64,000 nucleotides of DNA from Haliotis rufescens (lineage: Eukaryota). The number at the start of each line of letters is the position of its first letter. Position 1 is the first letter of the stretch. The DNA is taken from assembly GCF_023055435.1 (NCBI RefSeq), contig NW_025964223.1:12834001-12898000 (forward strand). Direction: 5' to 3'. Positions 1 through 12,237 of this stretch are shown here, one piece after another. Both the position numbers and the translations under genes were made by a program. The notes beneath the pieces are model-generated. The model was not told the origin of the DNA. It saw only the letters and a list, made by a program, of their open reading frames with translations, and did not search any database.

Positions 1-430
1 TAATGTTGGATGTTGTCCGCGCGAGAAGGATACTCAAGATTTTTTGGCAGTGCTCAATTGTAAAAACACCAACTTGAGTGGGACATCTAGTGTGATGGGG
101 AGAATCATCAGTGGACATACAATTAAACAAACTTGCCCAGATTGCATTCCTTGTACCATCGATGTTGCCAACATTGTTAGTGATGGCACAGCGGTATTAA
201 CACTGAAACTTTAGAGCTTTGTCTTTTATGGGCTTTCCTCTGCCCCTATCACCTATTCTAAATTCTTTTGACAAATTCAGAAAGGCAGAGCCCATTCTTT
301 TATGAGCATGGTTAATGCAGTCTTCCTTGTCAATACCAATGCCTGGTCCATAGGGTTGCAGGTCGTTGACTGCCTTGTGGGTTTTGCTGTTACCATCTGA
401 AAGTATACATGTACAACGTACATTATGAAG
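1..430 (-). pseudogene. Mutator-like (MULE) transposase remnant
   Basis: ORF 197..583 contains ILSDGNSKT...KEDCINHAHKRMG (SDGDS / ECxNHxxKR motifs of invertebrate Mutator-like transposases). Similarity continues past the stop at 197 as YRCAITNN...RNAIWASLF..MSTDDSPHH.RCP. Confidence 0.75.
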
Positions 431-1295
431 AGCGCACAACTGATTGCAGACGTCGTGGGTGATCGTCAGAGCAAAATCAGTCGCAACAAGGTCGATGGTC
501 ATGTTCAAAACTTTTGACCTGCCATTCATAATTGAGAGGTCGCAGACAGGTCTTACGTGGTCGTACCACCAGTCGCGGGTCAAGAAGTTGCACGATTGGT
601 TGTGCTTCTGCTCCTGCCACCTGACGATCGGGCGTGCGACCAGTCACGACCTGTCCCAACTGTTTGCACGACCAAACGATTGGTGGAACCACCAGTCTTT
701 AGTTTGCAGAGCAGTATTTTTGGAGTTGCTTCTGGGTTCAGGTAATTCTAGACTACAACACCCCAAGACAGCATTTCGCTATGGCAGGTGTACTAGTGCT
801 GCCTAGACTTATGGAGCGACAACAACAGCTGGATGATCGCCACGACTGATCGTACGATAGGTCGCTGATCGCCACCACTAGTTGCACAATCACCTACGCT
901 TGAACTTGCGATTGATCTTCTCCAATCGTTGGTGATCGCACGACCACGTGTACCACCAAATGTTAAATTTATTATTTAAGTTTGTGCACAAACAACGACT
1001 ACCTTAGCTGCAGCATTCTTGTGCTTTTATGTGTCTTACAACGTCATATTTTTATTATGATTATTAATTTGTTTCTTAACCCATTCCTGGCATTCTTCAT
1101 ATTTTTCAACCCGATTAGCCACAAGTTTTTGTAACTCCGTCGTACGTTTGTCGTAACTGCTTCATACCTCCTACCGGTTCTCCACGAAAGTTTGCATTAT
1201 TGGCCGAATCATCACAAATTTCGAAAGTTTCCAATTCGGGGTGATTCGGTATATTCGTGGTCATAGTGAAATAGGGGCTTAAGCTAGGAAGGTCT

Positions 1296-2297
1296 TTGTC
1301 ACCACCTAATTTCATCATTGCATTTACTGCAAACATGAATGTGTACTGTGAAAATAAACATGAACTACGTGCACAATTGGATGACCATGAACAAACTGTT
1401 GTAGGACTAGCAAAACTCTTTCCTGGCAAGACTTATCACTATGATTACCACAAGCTGTTTGCCGCACGTGTAGCAGCATATGCAGAGAAAGGAACTCCTA
1501 TTAGGTGGGGCATGGTGGACAAAAGGATCTACACAATGTGTTCTACAGGACAGAGGGCAAGGTCATGTCTATTGTGCCAGAGCATAACCCACGAGGGATG
1601 CCCCAATCTTATGGACGCCAGGATCAGACGTCCAAGCGGGCAGTGTGACAGGACCTCATCAAGCTATCGTCAAGGCAAAGTTGACGCCAGAGGTCGACCT
1701 AAAGTGCGCTTCAACGGCAGAGAAGGGTGTAATAATTTTAATGACCACGGCTGCCAGCGACAAACATGTTACTTTGAACATGTGTGTGTAATCTGTAAAG
1801 ACACAAGCCACGGAAAACAGAACCTCAGAACCTCAGAAAATAAGACCTGACCGACTCCAGATGGGCTGGCGCCCCTACTATCATCTAGACCTGTCAACTT
1901 AACACCAATTAACGTGACTCAATTACAATATGAACTTTCATCCCATCCAGAACAAATTTCCTCCAACAACCTAATCGATGGACTTACACTGGGCTTTGAC
2001 CATCTAATCGCTCCTCTGCCATCTACAACTATCGAGTGTTCCAACAACCTAAGTGCATAACGAGAGCCTTCAATCATCACTAAACTGGTCCAGTCAGAAG
2101 TGGCAAAGGGATACATTATTGGACCTTTCACCAAGTCACCTTACACCATCTATCGAGTCAGTCCTCTGGGTTTAGCTGAAGGCAAGTAAAGCCGCAAGAA
2201 AAGACTCATTTTGGATCTATCAGCCCCACATGACAAGTCAGATATTCCAAGTTTGAATGAACTGATTGACAAAGACTTGTGCTCCCTGTCCTACTGA
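1296..2297 (+). mobile_element. Truncated Ngaro/DIRS-order retrotransposon copy 1 (gag C-terminus plus degenerate RT start)
   Basis: ORF 1296..1850 has the YDYHKLFAARVAAY block and CNNFN..C....C.F.H.C..C....H.K knuckle, paralogous to 4032..4520. 1860-2297 encodes stop-interrupted RT motifs (GYIIGPF, YRVSPLGLAEGK, RLILDLSAPH, SLNELIDK..CSLSY). Confidence 0.85.
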
Positions 2298-2421
2298 CCA
2301 TTAACAATTGACCATTGTTTTTTATCTCATAAAAGTTCTAGATATAAAAAAAAGTGTTGTATCCTAATGTACATGTGTCATATGTGCTAATAAAAATATA
2401 AATCTTGATTTTTACATATTG

Positions 2422-2672
2422 GAGCAAAAATTCCATTTAAGGTGCTGTGTCTGGCTTTAACATAAGATGATAATACATAATAACAAATGTTTTGTGAAAG
2501 AACTGAAGATTCAAATTTCAGGGAAGACCATGTCCACCCAATTTGACACAAATGAATCCAGGATACACATGGCATCCTATTGACTGCAAAATGCTGGCAA
2601 GTACATAGTCCTGAAACTAATCTTTTGAAGAACTAACATCTGGTGGAGATCCAGGGTATGTTTCATTATAAA
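2422..2672 (+). repeat. ~250-bp direct repeat, left copy (A1); partner at 9013..9263
   Basis: Near-identical sequence gagcaaaaattccatttaagg...gtttcattataaa at both positions; ORFs 2387..2575 and 8939..9166 translate almost identically. Confidence 0.9.
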
Positions 2673-3111
2673 ATGTCAATATAGTTATTTAGTAGTTTAT
2701 GCAACAATAACATTCCTACTGCATCTATACTTTCGTATTTGCCATATTATCTTTCTTACTTTCAACCACATGTGTCACATAGAGTTACGTCCCTTCTTTT
2801 TCCCCATTCCGTCGGGTACTAAACTTACTTGTTTGTTTATACATTGCAGCTAGAGTTTCTTTTTTTTATTTACCTTCATGCCACATGCATCATGTACATT
2901 ACAATTCACTATGACCTAATATTTCTTGTATTCCTGTCTCTATTAATAAATACTTACACTGGAACATTGTCCCATAATGCACAACATTTCCGCCCAGCCT
3001 CGTCTTCACATTCCATTGTTGTTTCACATCGCCATCTTGTCTATACGTACGCTGCTAACACTTGAAAAAGCGAAGTCTGCTTAGCCTGCATGACCTCGTT
3101 TTAAGGTCACC

Positions 3112-4520
3112 ATGGAAGGGTTGTCAGGTCTGAGAGGCAAAACCCGCTCAACACGAAACCGCAGACAGAGGAATGCGCCTACACATCAAGACCGACCAGT
3201 CGACGTTTGGGATACCGACCGACCAGAAAACTGGACAGCTGCCCAGTTGAAGAATAAATTGAAAGAACTTAGAGTATGTGTTCCTGACAACATGACAAAA
3301 AAGTTACTGTTACAAATGTATGTGCTCAACCAGCCAAATCCAAGTGATAGCCAAACACGAACCCCTCCACAACAACAAACCCCTCAACGTGTAAGCAGAC
3401 GACAACCAACAGCTACCATTTCCAGAGCAGAATCTGATAACCAACAGGGGCAAGGAGGCGTGACTCCACAACGCATATCAGGAGATACTCAGCATGCTGA
3501 CCTGAGTCTCAACAATTCGGACTATGTGGTACACTCCACGCCAACGCCTGGGACTTCTTCCAACATTACCCCGCCTAACAGCCTACATGATGGCCCTAAT
3601 TACACGATCAGTGAGGTAGTCAACGAGATGAGACAACTCAGACAGATGGTACAGAGCCTACAACCTTCTCCACCAGGTAATAATATACCCGCATCGGCTA
3701 GCAATCCACCTGATTTCTACAGAAACTCGAATGCTCCGATACAGGGCCAGCCTGTAGCATCAGACACTTTACCCCACATCGACAGTGTCAGCCCAGCCCT
3801 ACGACGTCAAATTGTGGAAGGTAAAGCCACTAACCTAGCCTTGCTCCTGCGACCATCAGCCGAAACAGGAGAATATCGAACAACACAAATTGCAAGTGCA
3901 ACAGGCGAGGACGACAGTGTGTCTATTAGAGACGACCTACGACACAGGAGTCTATCCTTAGGTGAATTTATTAAGGCTTTGGAATTTATAAAACAATCTT
4001 CTGTGAAGCCTATCCTCAACACAGAGAAGAAATGGACAGGTATGAGAGATTACTAGTTGACATGGCATCACACTATGGAGGAACTCTCTTCTACGAGTAT
4101 CATAGAATGTTCGCAGCTAGATCAGCAGCCTATGTGTGCAAAGGTACTATCATCGAGTGGAGTATCTTGGACACCCGAATTTACACCACTGTTACTTCAG
4201 GGCGTCGCACAAGGGCATGTGGTATATGCCATAGTTTGTCTCATTCTACTGACACTTGCTTCATGGCCGTTTCTCGTCCAGCAGAACGTGGACAAAGGTA
4301 CACTCCTTACCAATCAGATCGTCCTAGATACCATAGAGATCCGAACACCGATTCCCATGGCAGAAATAGAGTGGTTTTCAACTGTGTCGAGGTCTGCAAC
4401 AATTACAACGACCAAGACCCGTGCCATTTCGCCCACCAGTGTATCATCTGTCGCCAGAGAGGACATGGCAAACAAGAGTGTCCCAGAGACAAGGAGAGCC
4501 AGAAAAAACGTGACACATGA
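3112..4520 (+). pseudogene. Ngaro gag-like ORF1 with a 1-bp frameshift near 3978
   Basis: ORF 3112..4056 joins 4032..4520 if one T is restored in gctttgga, reading EFIKAFGIYKTIFCEAYPQHREEMDRYERLL. C-terminal Cys/His knuckle CIICRQRGHGKQEC. Confidence 0.85.
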
Positions 4521-4612
4521 CTATCACCATCCACACCCATTGACACCTGTAGATTGGCAACAGACCTAACAGGCCATCAGGACAAACAGTTTGTTCACTC
4601 TCTAATCACCGA

Positions 4613-7122
4613 GTGACAGAGGGGTTCAATCCTCTAATCGACCCTGTACCTCGCACCTCATTCGAATGTGTTAACAATTTTAGTGCCAGAAAACAACCGG
4701 ACATCGTCACAGAGCTAATCGCAAAAGAGGTGGATAAGGGGTATGTTACCGGGCCATGGTCAAAACCACCCTTTTCCTTGTTTAGAGTCAGCCCCCTTGG
4801 TGTAGCTGAGGGGAAATATAGCAAGAAGCAAAGACTTATTTTTGATTTGTCAGCTCCACATAATGCAGAACAGCCTAGCATCAACCAATTAATAGACAAA
4901 GATTCATGTTCTTTAACATATGTGACTATTGACCACGCCATAAATATCATCAAGAAATGTGGACAAGGGGCATGGTTATGCAAAGTGGACATTTCCGATG
5001 CCTTCAAACAAATCCCAATCAATCAAGACTTTTGGAAGTTTTTCGGCTTCAAATGGCAGGAAAAATACTACTTTTACACAAGATTAGCATTCGGTTGTAG
5101 GTCCAGTCCTTGCCTATTTGATATGTTATCTACAACTTTAGCTTGGATAGCTGAACACAAATATGGCATCAAACACATACTGTGGCTGTTGGATGATTTC
5201 TTAACCACAGACCCTGTGGACTTTGAGGCAGAGCGTACCATGGCACTATTGTCACTTCTGTTCAACAGTCTGAAGGTACCACTGGCTACGCACAAAACGG
5301 TCGTCCCTGTCCAAGAACTGGAGTATCTCGGCATCATTTTGGATACGGTGAGAATGGAGGCTCGATTACCCGTCAACAAAATACACCACATATGTGAATT
5401 TATCACAGGATTCTTGCAAAAATCTGCTTGCAAAAAACGAGAACTGCTTTCGTTATTGGGACACCTAAATTTTGCATGCAAAGTGATAGTGCCAGGACGC
5501 TCTTTCGTGGCTTTCTTGATTCAACAATCAAAGAAAGCATCTGAGCTACATCACTATGTGACCATTGGCAAAGAGTGCATCAAAGACCTACAAATGTGGT
5601 TAAGATTCCTATCTGGTTGGAATGGAGTTTCCTTCTTCCTTGACAGTCACACAACAAGTCAAGTCAAATTGCAATTATTCACGGATTCTTCTTCCGTAGG
5701 ATTCGGCGGAATTTATGGATCCCGATGGTTTGCAGACACCTGGCCGGTTGACTTGCCACTGAAGAAAAACACAGGACTTGCTATGTCATTCCTAGAATTA
5801 TACCCTATCGTCGTAGCTGCAGTACTGTGGGGTCATGAATGGCAATCCAAGCGTATTCTTTTTTTGTGCGACAACAGTGCGACAGTTGACATTATCAGGA
5901 AAGGCAGGTCTAAATGTACTAACATCATGCAACTCATGCGTAGACTTACCCTATATCGCTGTGTATAAGGCGACCCCACGTATAAGACGACCTCCCTGTA
6001 CATGCCTTAAAAATCAACCCAAAATCCTATACTCCGTGTATAAGGCGACCGGGAATGAAACACATCACAAGTCTGACTGATATAGAAGATTTAACGTGCG
6101 CTTTCAGACTGTAGCGTATTTCGCACACGGACATCACAAGTAAGTTTGTTAGTTAGTTACTTTTGAGATTTAACGTGCGCTTTCCGACTGATGCGTATTT
6201 CGCACACATCACAAGTGCGCACACAAACCTTATATATGCAATAAAAATATGTTTATCTTGCGTTGGTTTTTTTCTACAATGATAGGTCGTGTGTGTAACT
6301 CCAGCACACGTCGCCATTTTGTGTTTACACGGTACGACACCAAATTGGTGCCCGTAAAATAAAATTCATTTATGAAGTAATAACATATAAGAGACAATGG
6401 TGAGTAATTTAATCGCCAATTAACTATGTTGTAACTAACTAGGCTTATGTTTGCTTCACATTCAGCGTGTTTATTCCACAATCACTTGTACACACCGTCT
6501 CCAACACTTGTTAATACAACTGTAAAAACAGCAGGAATTGATTTCAGCTTCACCGGTTATCACATGTTAGGTCACATGTGCAATATGCAAATGCTTACCG
6601 GTACTTCCGGCTCTCTGCTCACGGATGTTGATTGTTTTACCGTGTCAGGTGGTTTGACAATCTGCATCGAGGCGAGGGTCATTTCAACTTTATTTGCAGA
6701 AATTATTAAACTTTATTCAAGGAAAAGAGATACAAATCATGTTTATGTATGGAAATAGTTATTGGAACAGTTATTTAGGACGAAATGCGAAGTTTTATTG
6801 TCAAATGCTTGGCTGGCTATCGGACGCCGGTTGACATCGCCAGTGGAAAAAAATGTGAGATCTTCGACTCCGTGTATAAGACCCCCCTCCTTAGCCCCCT
6901 CATTTTAGGTACGAAAAACTCGCCTTATACACAGCGATATACGGTACCTGGTGTGCCGCTAATCATAACTTCATTATACTAGCCACACATGTACCTGGTG
7001 CCTCAAACAATATAGCTGACTCTCTCTCTCGATTGCAGATGGCCAGATTCAGGCGGCTGGCACCACTAGCAGACATCACCCCCCACCAGTGCCCACGAAC
7101 TCAGCAAGTACTTTGGAATTAG
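4613..7122 (+). pseudogene. Reverse transcriptase / RNase H of the Ngaro element, interrupted by a MITE at 5949..6944
   Basis: RT motifs KVDISDAFK, LAFGCRSSP, WLLDDFL, LEYLGI; RNase H motifs FTDSS, FLELYPI, CDNSATV. Removing the MITE and one TA restores LMRRLTWCAANHNFIILATHVPGASNNIADSLSR...VLWN* (stop at 7120-7122). Confidence 0.92.
5949..6944. mobile_element. Non-autonomous Tc1/mariner-pogo type MITE (~1 kb)
   Basis: 25-bp TIRs cc(c/g)tatatcgctgtgtataaggcga with one mismatch; TA target duplication at 5947-5948 and 6945-6946; no coding capacity. Confidence 0.92.
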
Positions 7123-8096
7123 ATACCACACTACAGACACTCTGGGACGCAGCAGTAAGTCGTCGAACAAGAGATACCTATGCCGTAGGATATCAATGCT
7201 TTGTGAGATTCCTCATCATGTGCCAGCTACTGAGATATTCCAGAAATAATCTTCCGGATCTGAGTGAGAATGTACTTATCCAATTCGTAGCCTACTGTTT
7301 CAAAACACTCCAGTTCAAATATGCAACTGTCAAAACTTATTTGGCAGGGATCAAGTACGAGTATATGGTTCATGGTGTGCATTGTGTGTTTGACGAAGCT
7401 AGCTTCGGAGCTATCAGTAGACTTCAGACTGTCCTCAAGGGATACAAAAAATTGAATTCAGCTCCTACACTACGTCTCCCTATCACTTATGAAATCCTTT
7501 GTGATATGGTCGACACACTACAAGGAGGAGTATTCGGCCCATTTAATGACCTCATCATGGAAACCATGTGTACAATTGCCCTCTTTGGCTTCATGCGCTG
7601 TAGTGAGTTTACTTGTACCTCTGACTTCGACCCGGCAGTAAACATGTGCATCAGTGATGTCAGCTTTGATCATTCAGTGAAATGTGCCAAAGTATTCCTG
7701 AAAGCATCGAAAGCTGACCCATTTCGGAAAGGTGTCTTCATTACCTTATGCCATACAGGCAAACGTGTGTGTCCATATACAGTCCTCTACAAATGTGTCA
7801 GTGTAAGACTAGCTAGCAATGCTATACAAACCGATCCTTTGTTCATTAATTCAGATGGTCAAACGATTAACAGAGCTAAGTTCCTGCAATCGCTCAGAAG
7901 CTTACTTCGAAGGATCCGTATAGATCTATACAATACGCATTCCTTTCGGATAGGAGCTGCATCCTCCGCAAGTCAGGCCCGTTTAGAGGGCCATCTGATT
8001 CAAACGCTCGGACGCTGGAAATCGGAATGCTACACGAGATACATTCACGTATCTCATTCTACAATACAGTCTGCACAACAAGCCATGTGCGTGTAA
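7089..8096 (+). CDS. Tyrosine recombinase (phage-integrase family) of the Ngaro element
   Basis: Uninterrupted 335-aa ORF with catalytic residues FGFMRCSEF (R), KASKADP (K), HSFRIGAAS (HxxR), LGRWKSECYTRY (W, Y); overlaps the RNase H stop. Confidence 0.93.
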   Translation: MPTNSASTLELDTTLQTLWDAAVSRRTRDTYAVGYQCFVRFLIMCQLLRYSRNNLPDLSENVLIQFVAYCFKTLQFKYATVKTYLAGIKYEYMVHGVHCVFDEASFGAISRLQTVLKGYKKLNSAPTLRLPITYEILCDMVDTLQGGVFGPFNDLIMETMCTIALFGFMRCSEFTCTSDFDPAVNMCISDVSFDHSVKCAKVFLKASKADPFRKGVFITLCHTGKRVCPYTVLYKCVSVRLASNAIQTDPLFINSDGQTINRAKFLQSLRSLLRRIRIDLYNTHSFRIGAASSASQARLEGHLIQTLGRWKSECYTRYIHVSHSTIQSAQQAMCV

Positions 8097-8895
8097 TCGC
8101 ACCAGTAGACTTTGCTTGAATGCATGCCAGCGAACAAACTGTATATCTATTATCATACCTACAAGTGATGCAAGAGCTCATCTGTATATTTCTATGCATA
8201 TTCTATGCATACCTACTATAATACCTACTATGATGCAAGAGCTCATCTGTATACTTCCATGCATATTTTGGGGGGTATTCATTACATTCAATTTCCATCA
8301 ATTTCATTCATTCTCCTGGGCCTCAAAACATTCTCCCCTGGAGAAACTGTTTTGGCCCCCCAAAAATTCACAAGTACCAGGCGCGCTACAGGGTAACCCT
8401 AGGACACAGTCCGGCGCGTTACCACTTGGCCCCAGGGTGCCATCTCACTTTTCCTGCATACAGCCCCCCATGTATGCCAAACTTGTATATATGTACATCT
8501 TAATAAATCATAATTTAGTTTACATCTTGTTGTGTTATTGTTGCATAAATTGAAACTTGTATAAAAACCTGTCAACGAAGGACAGTAAAATTACTAGATT
8601 CATCACAGAAAAAGATATAAAACTAGTACGGAATTATAAAAGAGAATAGCACTATACATAACGATACCAGATAAAAACAGGCTATAGATCGCCAGCAGCT
8701 GAAGGTAGACCACCATGCTAGGGTCCATGGGGACTTACAGTCCTTTTGCTACCTGCATGGACCCCAGCCGGATTTACATCATCCCTTCAGCTGTTGGCGA
8801 TTATGACAAATTTAGCCAAAGGTAAACGAACATATATACTACTATTAAAAATGTGGCCAAAATAAATATACTTTGAAAGACGTAGTCTTACAATC

Positions 8896-9330
8896 TTTTA
8901 AAGAACTAACATCTGGTGGAGATGCGGGCTATGCTTAATTATGAACTATAAGCTATAAACTGGTAAGTTACACAGTACACCAAACCTTTTTGTCTGATTG
9001 CAACTGTAAATAGAGCAAAAATTCCATTTAAGGTGCTGTGTCTGGCTTTAACATAAGATGATAATAAATAATTCCATATGTTTTGTGAAAGAACTGAAGA
9101 TTCAAATTTCAGGGAAGACCATGTCCACCCAATTTGACACAAATGAATCCAGGATACACATAGCATCCTATTGACTGCAAAATGCTGGCAAGTCCATAGT
9201 CCTGAAACTAATCTTTTGAAGAACTAACATCTGGTGGAGATCCAGGGTATGTTTCATTATAAACTATAAGCTATAAACTTGGCAGGTTATGCACCAAACC
9301 TTTTCGTCTGATTGCAACTGTAAACAGAGC
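8896..9330 (+). repeat. B1-A2-B2 style repeat block (about 1.4 units of a ~318-bp period)
   Basis: 8946-9012 matches 9264-9330; 9013-9263 matches 2422-2672; aagaactaacatctggtggagat occurs near 2628, 8901 and 9219. Confidence 0.85.
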
Positions 9331-10212
9331 TGCTTGGCCACAATCAGTCTCTGCACTTTAACGTGCTATGACAGTTCTTATGGTTTTTTTTGTATGGGTA
9401 CCTGGTATCTCGAAGTATAGTGCTGCTTTGCACAATTTTGCTTACCCGCGACTCTGCATATATTACTAATTGTTCATGTTCGCTATTGCTGATTACATTG
9501 AAAGATTGGCTTGATACACAATCTACTTGGCTAGCCACCAGTCATTGACTAAAGGGGTATGCCTCATTAGTTAGGTGTCTGTGTAAGGCATGTTGTGCTT
9601 TGCTGTATATCTAAGTATTGTGAGTAGTTACATAACAGTTGGTCTTCATCAAATACCCATAAAAAAAGAAAATAAACATGGACTGCGGTATTTTGGACAC
9701 AACCATCAATCATGGTGAGACTGTCACCATAATGAAACAATTGCTGAAAACATGGGCCGGATGGTTTGTCAATGATTAGTATTGAACATATTGTAACAAT
9801 GGTCAAATTATACTTTTCACATAGGTACAACCATAAAACAGATCCTGTTTGGATCTGAGTCATTGAGACATTGTCTGTAATTGTTTTGCATATTTTTACT
9901 GGACCTCAGATACATACGTAGAAATATTATTACATATTGATATTGTATTATAGTGTTATGGATAATTTATTATGTAAATTTATTATTTTTGTTTGTGCAG
10001 AAATAACATCCCCTACCATACATCCGTTCACTACCTTCCTTCCTATTCCAATAATTAGCTATTAGATGCAACTCAACTCGAAAAGGTGCACGGGAATCAC
10101 GCACGCACGAATACGGCGTTAGCGTTCGGCGTCTCAACATGCGTGATTCCCGTGCGCCCTTTCAAGTTAAGTTGATTGGTTCAAATGAGTCATATGGCCC
10201 TGTGACACAGGG

Positions 10213-11269
10213 GTGTCGTGCCTGGTTAGCGAAAATCCAATTTTCCCTAGTATCAGTAAAGCAAAAACCCAAGTTCTGTACCGACAACGACACAAGACCC
10301 TTCCCAAACCTCCTGCCACCCGACCTGAGATTCATCTTGAAGGACAGTGGACATTGACCGAAGCAGGAGAACACTTCCTTCATCGCATCGACAACGACAT
10401 TCTCATCTTCACCACAAGCAAGAACATTGAGCACCTGTGTGCAGCAGATGAAGTGTTTGGCGACGGCACCTTCACCTCTGCTCCACGTCTGTTTGAGCAG
10501 ATCTACACACTGCATGCCGAATACCAAGGCCACATGTTCCCGTTTGTGTACTGACTGCTCCCAAACAAGTCCGATGATACGTACACCAGGACATTTGAAC
10601 ATTTACATCTAATGGCTCAACAGCAGAATTGTTACTTTAATCCATGAACTTTCCAGTTAGACTTTGAAATCGCTGTCCACAATGCTGTACGAAGTGCCTT
10701 TCCCAACACTTTGATCAGGGGCTGTTATTTTCACTTCACCCAGTGCATTTGGTGTTGAGTACAGATGGAAGGTCTGGCTACGGACTACAAGAACGATGAT
10801 GAAGTGCGACGACTGGTGAGAAGAGCCGCAGCCTTGCCTCTGCTTCCCTTTGACAAGGTCCACGACGTCTGGCTCCAAGACATCGCTGAGAGTACCGCGG
10901 GTCCCAAGGTCGCAGCCTTCATGGACTCATCACGACAACTTGGGTGGAAGAACGCCAATTCGGACCCATTTTGGTAAACAAGGGCATCGCACTTACAATA
11001 ACGTCGAGGGGTGGAATCACAAACTCAACAAATTTGCCAGGAAGAGCCATCCGAACATTTTTGAAGTTGTTATGCTATTTCAAAGAGAACAATCCAACGT
11101 AGAAGTCGCCATTCAACGAATTGGAGCCCACTGGTCAGCACCACCCAGAAAGAGAAGATACCGGCTGATTGACAACCATCTTCAGGCTCTGAAAGACAAT
11201 CTCGTCAACAACGTCATCGGCGAAGTTGAGTGCACAGATCATGTTGCTGACCTGATCCACTTGGAGTGA
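10213..11269 (+). pseudogene. MULE (Mutator) transposase remnant
   Basis: Fragments with DGTFTSAPRLFEQIYTLH, DFEIAVHNAVRSAFP...GCYFHFTQCIW, RRAAALPLLP and RTYNNVEGWNHKLN, broken by stops and frameshifts. Confidence 0.9.
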
Positions 11270-12237
11270 ATGACTTGAACACAACGTGTATGCCAGTGCA
11301 ACCGCAAATTTATTATAGAATGTATTTACCATTATATTTTTAGATATAAGTTATTGTTGTTTTTGTAGAAATTATAGTGTACATCTATGAAATATTAAAG
11401 TATTAGAGTTATTAAATTTGTTAAATGTAAAGGACTTTTGTGCAACTATACTATACTTCAGCATCTAATAAATTACTACTGTGATTACGGTATACGCATT
11501 TCTGTGTTTTTCTTGGAAGTTGGGAGTCCCGGTATAGCAATATCCCGTGTTTACTGTAGCGTGACCAGTCTTACTTCACGAAAGCGAAGAGATTTTAGAG
11601 TTGATTATGGCTAGGTTTCGCTCTTCGGCCCAGAACCGAGGGAGGGGTAGCATTAGCGAATCTCTACCGCAGTTGCCTACTCGCCATCTGCCACTGTCAG
11701 GCCTCCCCCTGACCTACCAGTACCAGCAGACCCAGACCTTCTTGCCTCCCAGGCTGATCTGGAGGTTGCAAATTCGGCTAATAACGGACCCACGATCACC
11801 TCTCTGTAGAACCAGTTGAAGGAATTGAGTGACCTAGTCTACACCATGGCACACAATCAGTCAGCGGTTTCAGGCAACCCACCTTCTACCTACCCCTACA
11901 TTTGCTTATGACATGTATGAGTATGTACCTTAGGATTGCATGTGTCTTTTTTACACTGCATCTAGTCTTTTATTTATTGTTAAGTATGTTTCTTACAGTT
12001 ACAGATTCACGTAATTGGACTATGGTAGTTATATTTAGAATGCAAGGGCAGTAACTCGCACCGCACATCTCATCTGCGCATTGCGATGCGCATGTTCCTC
12101 AGTTGTTTTGTTCACAATCGCCATTGTTCTGTTTACATCGTACGCCACGTAAATCGATCTGACACAGTCACTACGTCAGTTTCGTTGCTGTTAGTCGGCT
12201 GGAACGATCTTTTCATGTCATAGATCATTTTCACCGA

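Larger units (their letters stand above)
3112..8096 (+). mobile_element. Near-complete Ngaro-type (DIRS order) tyrosine-recombinase retrotransposon, coding region
   Basis: Colinear gag, RT, RNase H and YR with overlapping frames. No methyltransferase domain between RNase H and YR, which favours Ngaro over DIRS1. Confidence 0.92.

Noticed and set aside
430-960. ORFs 444..806 and 477..692 in a region rich in cgacc/ggtcg words
   Set aside because: No protein motifs; probably a non-autonomous element, but I could not define termini or a TSD.
10088-10156. 16-bp perfect inverted repeat upstream of the MULE remnant as its TIR
   Set aside because: Both arms are on the same side of the transposase, and I found no matching end downstream.
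11601-11900. Possible fifth Ngaro gag 5' fragment
   Set aside because: Only compositional similarity; no diagnostic motif.
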